DNA from: Eledone cirrhosa
Lineage: Eukaryota
Direction of reading: 5' to 3'
NCBI GenBank assembly: GCA_964016885.1
Contig: OZ024742.1
Span: forward strand, 345,154,001-345,218,000
Length of the DNA stretch: 64,000 nt
In this document: in pieces, positions 57,985 to 64,000 of the stretch
How the letters are laid out: each line of letters begins with the position of its first letter
How positions within the stretch are numbered: the stretch's first letter is position 1
Translations under genes and position numbers: made by a program
The notes under the pieces: model-generated
The model's input: the letters and a program-made list of their open reading frames with translations, nothing else
The model's database searches: none
What the model was told of the DNA's origin: nothing

Positions 57985-58480
57985 TCCTTGAGTCTCAGTC
58001 ATTGATGTTAGTTAAATGGAAAGTCTGTTGGAATGAATATCAAGCCACTACCTGCAGCCTCAGATATTCAGGACGTATCGGAGGGTTCTTGCTGTTCCCA
58101 GCAAGCATGCCGTTTGAAGCGTTCCAAAAAGCGTGAAGGGGCCGATTTTCTTTAACCATCCCTGGAAACCTTTGGAGATAGTCCCCAGTGCGCCTATGAC
58201 AATCGGGATCACTTTGACTTCATGGCAGTTCCAAATCCTTTTTACCTCCCACTTTAAGTCCTGGTATCGGTTAATTTTCTCCCTCTCCTTCTCTTACACT
58301 CTCGTGTCGAATGGGCAGGCCACATCCACAATCAGGCATGATCTTTTTTCTTTGTCCACAACTACCAGGTCAGGTCTATTGTGTTCCAGTTTCTTGTCCG
58401 TCTGTATCCTAAAATCCCACAGCACCTTCACCTGATCGTTCTCTATCACCGCCTCTGGCTTATGCCCATACCATTTCTCA
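57985..58480 (-). mobile_element. Dong/R4-type 3' fragment flanked by (TAA)n
   Basis: Minus strand KWYGHKPEAVIEND..VLWDFRIQTD..HNRPDLVVVDK..IVDVACP..IPIVIGALG..LLGTARTLR. Confidence 0.85.
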
Positions 58481-58500
58481 GAATGTGGTAAATTGTTTAC

Positions 58501-58533
<33 letters not shown>

Positions 58534-58556
58534 TTCTTCTTATTATTATTATTATT

Positions 58557-61500
58557 GGTCTGTTCGGATGTCGTTTAGGCTCGCTCCCAATAAGTCGCTT
58601 TATTTGCCTGTTAAAATTATTTGTTGTTAAATATTTCTTGTTGTGTAAGTGATATAAGCCCTTAGACTTTGCCCTGTGAAGGGGAAAGTATAATATTTGG
58701 GCATTTTGGCTCCAATATTTGAACTTTCTTTTACATGTTAAAAACTTTACGGAGGAAAAAAAACAAAAAAAACATGGCTGAGCCACTCCCCCAACGATAT
58801 GTCTGCTGTCGTGCGACAACGACGTAGAAGTTGAGAGGAGCGCTACAGCGAAATTAACACAAATTGATAACACAAACACCACCACAAACAATGTAAACAA
58901 AGACACTAATGATACCAATGAGAACTCTAATTTTTTAAAAAATGACAGTAACAGCGACAACGAAAATACAGATAACAAAAAAAAACAAAAAAAAACAAAT
59001 GCAACAACCATATCAACACCACTAACATGAAAACAAATAGCGACAACACCAACAGAAACAATACCAACTGCACCGAGAACAACGGTGGCAACAAAGACAA
59101 CAATGATAATAGCGACAGTGATAACAACAACACCAACAAGAACAACGACAACGACAACAAAACCCCCAACGAAAACAAGAAGAACACTTTCGCTGCGGCA
59201 GCAGCAAAAAAGAGGCCATGCTTCAACATGGACCTCTCAAACAAAGATGAAAAGTTGGCCCAGGCATGGAAGCTCATTAAGCAAGAGCAAACCTGGGCCA
59301 ACTTAACTGTCCCGGTAGAAGCTATTGAGGCAGTGGGGCGCAGAATGGTGCATTATAGATGCATCTCAGCACAAACCAAAAGGGCAGCTTTAATCCCACA
59401 AGAAGATGTCGAAGTCGCGCTGAGGTGCATCAGAGAAGACACCGAATACATAGAGAGGGGTAGACAGTACGGCACCATTTCGGTGTTGTTCAAGTTAGAA
59501 GCCCTCGCTATGAAACACGCTATGACTCCTTGCAAAACCAGCAAGGTCATAATGTACCCCTCCCACATGGGAAAAAGTACGGCCCGTCTCCGCATTCCAA
59601 GAATCCCACCAGGACTTTACATGTGGTGGATTCTGGGATGTGTGATTGTGGAGGGAACGGATACCGTCCCTATAGAAGTGACCAGAACGGCCAGAGAGGA
59701 CTGGATCAGGTCCGAGAATGTGAAGACAATCCCGGACCACATCCGCCTTCAGAATGGGACGGTCATTCATATTATCACCAAAGGCAAAAGGCCGCAGTGT
59801 TTTGTTTGTGGGGAAAAACCCATTTGCGAGCCTTCTGCCCTCAACTGCTGAAAGAGGCAAGGGGTCGAAAGGATCCACTGCTGCCGACGCCGGGGCGAGG
59901 ACCACAACCAACACCAGCACCGGCAAAACCACCAACAACAACACCAATAGAAAGACCACCACCGACATTGACCACCCAGGGGGGAAACGAGGAAAGCTGT
60001 CAAATTCCCCCTCACCCCAAAAATACACACCAATAAAACCATAAACATACATACACACATACTTACAGACACAGACCCCTAATCTACCAGTAGTGAAGAT
60101 GAAGGAAAACCCAAATCCCACAAAATACAAAAAAGGAAACACAAAAAGAAAAAAAAACTCGACAAAGCACAAAACCACCCACAATAAAAAACGCAGACAC
60201 CACCCACGCAAACATCTCTCCAATAACACCAACATCAACACCATCATCACCATCACCAGAATCCTCCAAACGCAAACAACCTAAACAGATGCAAGAACAA
60301 ATATACACACAGACATCCGAAACCACAGACACCGCACTCACAACAAACACAGATACAACCGAAACAACTCCACCAAACCCATCACCACCACAGCCACGCA
60401 AACAAATAAAATCACACCAACAAAATATACAAAACTTCGTGCTCGTCAGGAGGGCCAACAAGGAACTGATGGCCCTCGTAGCACGGAGTGAAAATATACA
60501 AAAAGAGGGGGACATTTTTAAATCGAGCACATTTCGCGTGCCGGAAGATTTGGTTTTGATGCGAATGTCGCTCGAGATATTCAAAGAAATACGAGACAGC
60601 TTGCCTCGGGACGTGGGAACCCCGAACGTAAAACCCACTTCAAGACTTTTAAAGGGGTTCCCAAAAGAAACCCCACTAACTATGGAGGTCGAACAACCCG
60701 ACCTTCACAAGAGCCCGGGAGGTAAGTAAACCTTCCTCTGTCTCTTTTTAACCTGCCAGCATGGCCGTATTAAGAGTAAGATGTTTAAATGTTCGAGGCC
60801 TGGGATCGTCCTGGAAGCAGGGTCACCTGCTCAACGACGTCAGGTCTATAGAAATGGATGTAATTGCAGTCAGCGAGACCAGCATTTCCGACACCCGCGC
60901 ACTAGCCCCCATTTTCGACGACTATCAGATCTTTGCATCTGTTAGCCGGCCGGGAATGGGAGTCGGGGTGGCAGTGCTGTTTAGGAAAAGCCTGGATCTC
61001 GAGGTAAGGTCGATCTTCCGGGACCCGGACGGGAAGTTGGTGGTCCTGGACGTCAACAATAATTAAGGTGGTGCCTTTAGACTGGTGGCCGTCTATGCTC
61101 CTACTGGGGCAGGACGGCCGGACTTCTTTAGACGCCTGGAAGCCTTTCTGGGTACGTCTCGCCCTTTACTGTTAGCGGGGACTGGAACGGCATCTTAGAC
61201 GCACGCTGCGACTGTGTGGGAGTATCCGATAGGAGCGGGGGGGGGGGGGGCAAAAGCCTCAAGAACCTGATCAGCCAGTTCCAACTGTCTGACAGGTACC
61301 GACTAGATTTCCCTAATGCGCCAGTGTGGATCTGGGCTAAACGCATAGGGTCATCTAGATCGTATATAGACAGCATATTCATTAGGAAAATAGACAGAAA
61401 TAGTGTAAGCTGTCCACGTTTTGAAACGGTCGCCTATTCAGATCACAAGTTTGTGATCTGTATGTCGACCTAGATAAGACGCGTATGTTAGGACCTGGTT

Positions 61501-64000
61501 ACTGGAAGCTAAACATGTCATTTCCGGCACGTAAGGCTTACAGGGACCAGGTCAACAATTTAGTTAAGAAAAAGTTGACAGGGGGAGTCGTCAACAATAG
61601 ATGGTGAGGGGCTCTCAAAAGAGAGATTAGAGTAATGTCGATAGAGTTTAGCAAAGAAGTAGCGTTAGAGAAAAATATAAAGGAGGGGGAGTTGGTAGAT
61701 AAGTTAGACGACGCTATTGGTAGTGGCATTGCAACTGATGTGCTAGCGGCGAGAATGGCATTAGACCATTTATTCAATGCGAAACACGAAGGTTGCATTG
61801 TCAGAGCTAAGGCGCTTGCTCTGAGAAACGAGGGAACCAAAGCTATTCGATGGGCCCGCGTAGCAGAGGCGCAACGTGGTAATAAAACCACGATTCGGTC
61901 TTTGACAGACCGAGACGGGCCCGAGCTGAGCGATTCCAAGAGGATGTGTGAGGCCTTTCGCCAACATTTTGCTCGGTTGTTCGGGGGAAGTGGCGGGTCG
62001 GAGATGGTGGTGGACCTCAATCCCTACCTCGATGGCTTGCTGCAACTCTCGACGGTTGACGCTGGGCGCTGCGAAAGGCCAATTACTTCAGCCGAGATTC
62101 AGGATGCCCTTGTCGGCTGCATGAGGCGCAAGTCACCCGGTTTGGATGGTCTGCCCTACGAGCTTTACGTAAATATGCCAGACTTGTTCTCCAATCTCCT
62201 CGAAGCCCTCTACTGCAACTGGCAGCAAACGGGAGTATTCCCAGTTCTGTGAGCCGGGCGTAGTGACGCTGATAAGGAAAGACGAGAACAAGAGGGACAC
62301 ATTAGACAATTTCAGGCCCATAACTCTGCTCAATACAGAGTTTAAGATTTTGGCCAGGGTGTTAGCGAAGACGTTGGCGCTTGTCGTCGGGGATTTGGTT
62401 GAGGAGGCGCAAACTTGCGCAATCTCAACCAGGTCCATACACGACAACCTCCACATAATGCGATACATCATAGAGAGGGTGGGTGTAAACCTGGCTTCGG
62501 TGGGGCTCTGATCAATTTAGATCAATCGAAAGCATTTGATAGGGTCGACCATCGCTACCTGGAGGCTGTCCTCAAGGCGGCTGGCCTCGGCCCCGTCTTC
62601 AGAAGCTGGATCGCTGCAATGCACAAAGGCACCTGCTCGATGGTCAAAATTAATGGCCACCTCTCGGAACCGTTTCAGGTCTCCCGATCGGTCTGTCAAG
62701 GGTGCCTTCTCTCCTCCGTTCTGTACGTATTGACTCTCGAGCCTTTACTGCGGAAGCTGACGCTGTTGCAGGGCATCCCGCTCGAACCGGGACGCGGAAA
62801 GGCTGTGTCGGCTTATGCGGAAGACATCACCGTGATTGTGTCGGACACCTCAGAAATCGAGGTGGTTGGCAACTTATTGGAGGAATATGAAAGGTTGACG
62901 TGAGCAAAACTTAACCCGGAAAAGACTGGGTTTGCAAATCGGCACCTGGAGAGGAAAGTCCATGTCGTCCAACAGCGTTGTTAGGCGCTGGACGGACGGA
63001 CTGGTAAAGTTGCTAGGGGTTTGGTTCGGGCCAAACCTGCAGGTGGATAAGAATTGGGACGAGGTGACGGGAAGGGTAGTCAGTCTCACCCAGAAATGTG
63101 CTGAGATGAAGCTATCACTGAAAGGTCGGGCGGAGGTTGCGAACGCGTACATCGCGTCCGTCATCTACTACCGTCTGACCGTCGTCCCTTGCCCCCGTTC
63201 GCGCCTCGCCATCTTGGAGCGGCTCCTCTTCAAATTCTTGTGGAGGGGTCAGGTTCCGCTGGTGAGGTGGTCCATCTGCTGCCAGCACCCTCTACTTGGA
63301 GGGCTGGGCATGCCGTGGCTAATGATGCGCAGGCACGCGCTGAGGCTGCGGCATCTCCAGATATTCTGCCTAAACGGTGAACAGGTGTAGTCGCCGTTTG
63401 TCAGACGGGCCATTCCGCAGCTCGTTTCTTTGACTGAGTTGCAGTCCTGGGTCAAGAAGAGACCGAGACTGGGTGACTGGCATCTGGAATATTGCCAGGC
63501 ACTCACTGCCCTCTACCAGGCGGGTAATGCGGTCAGTGATATTTCCACTCTCGCGTTCTATAGAGGATTAGTGGTGGGCAAGTGCGACGACGCACTCAGA
63601 GAGGCTCTGGGAGTCAACGAAGTCGAACTAACCAGTCTGTACCGGAGGACTTTCTAGCCGGGGACGATGGATAATTTCCAAAAATCCCTCGCTTGGCAGT
63701 GCTACCGGGGGGCACTACCGGTTTGAGATAAACTCTACAAGCACGGAAGTGCTGTCAGACGGACCTGCCCGAGATGCACGCAGAGCGACGAAACCGTACT
63801 GCACGCACTCGTCCAGTGTCCGTGCATTACTGACTTTTTCCTCTGTCTGGTGGCAGTAGCGAAAGAGGTTGTATGGTGGACGAGGTTGAAAGGACTGAAG
63901 ACAGACACTTTTCTCTTCGGCCAATCCCTCATCAACTTTTTCAAGTTTCACTTGGAAGGAAGGTGAGGGTGGAGAGAGAAGTGCTGCCCCCCAGTACATT
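58557..64000 (+). mobile_element. Tx1/L1-group LINE, near full length, running off the window; disrupted
   Basis: ORF1 ~59027-60729 has a frameshift-split CxxC-x4-H-x4-C knuckle. ORF2 from 60761 has CLNVRGL, VSET, GDWN, SDH, SPGLDG, NFRPITLLN, DQSKAFDRV, QG..LS, AYAEDI and a C-terminal CxxC..ET..H..C. Starts directly after (TTA)n. Confidence 0.92.

Overview
This is AT-rich, microsatellite-dense animal genomic DNA. The SINE and RTE repertoire suggests a cephalopod such as Octopus, but that is my inference. Only one host coding segment is evident: the terminal exon (end of TM3 to C-terminus) of a rhodopsin-class peptide GPCR on the minus strand (25534-26260). I found no upstream exon. The rest is mostly decayed mobile DNA: RTE LINEs with C-terminal C2H2 fingers (including two inverted chimeric copies 44 kb apart), a Penelope-like element (RT + GIY-YIG) with an inverted pseudo-LTR, R4/Dong-like REL-endonuclease elements, a Tx1-type LINE, tRNA-derived SINEs and hAT relics. 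The most striking pattern is about 10 fold-back inverted repeats and short repeat families in (TA)n tracts, many carrying type-I hammerhead ribozyme (HHR) motifs. In three sequence-unrelated groups, helix II is expanded into a structured domain of almost constant length (79-84 nt). All structures were read by eye. Boundaries of decayed elements are approximate, and no ribozyme activity has been tested. Most ORFs in the supplied track are microsatellite artefacts.
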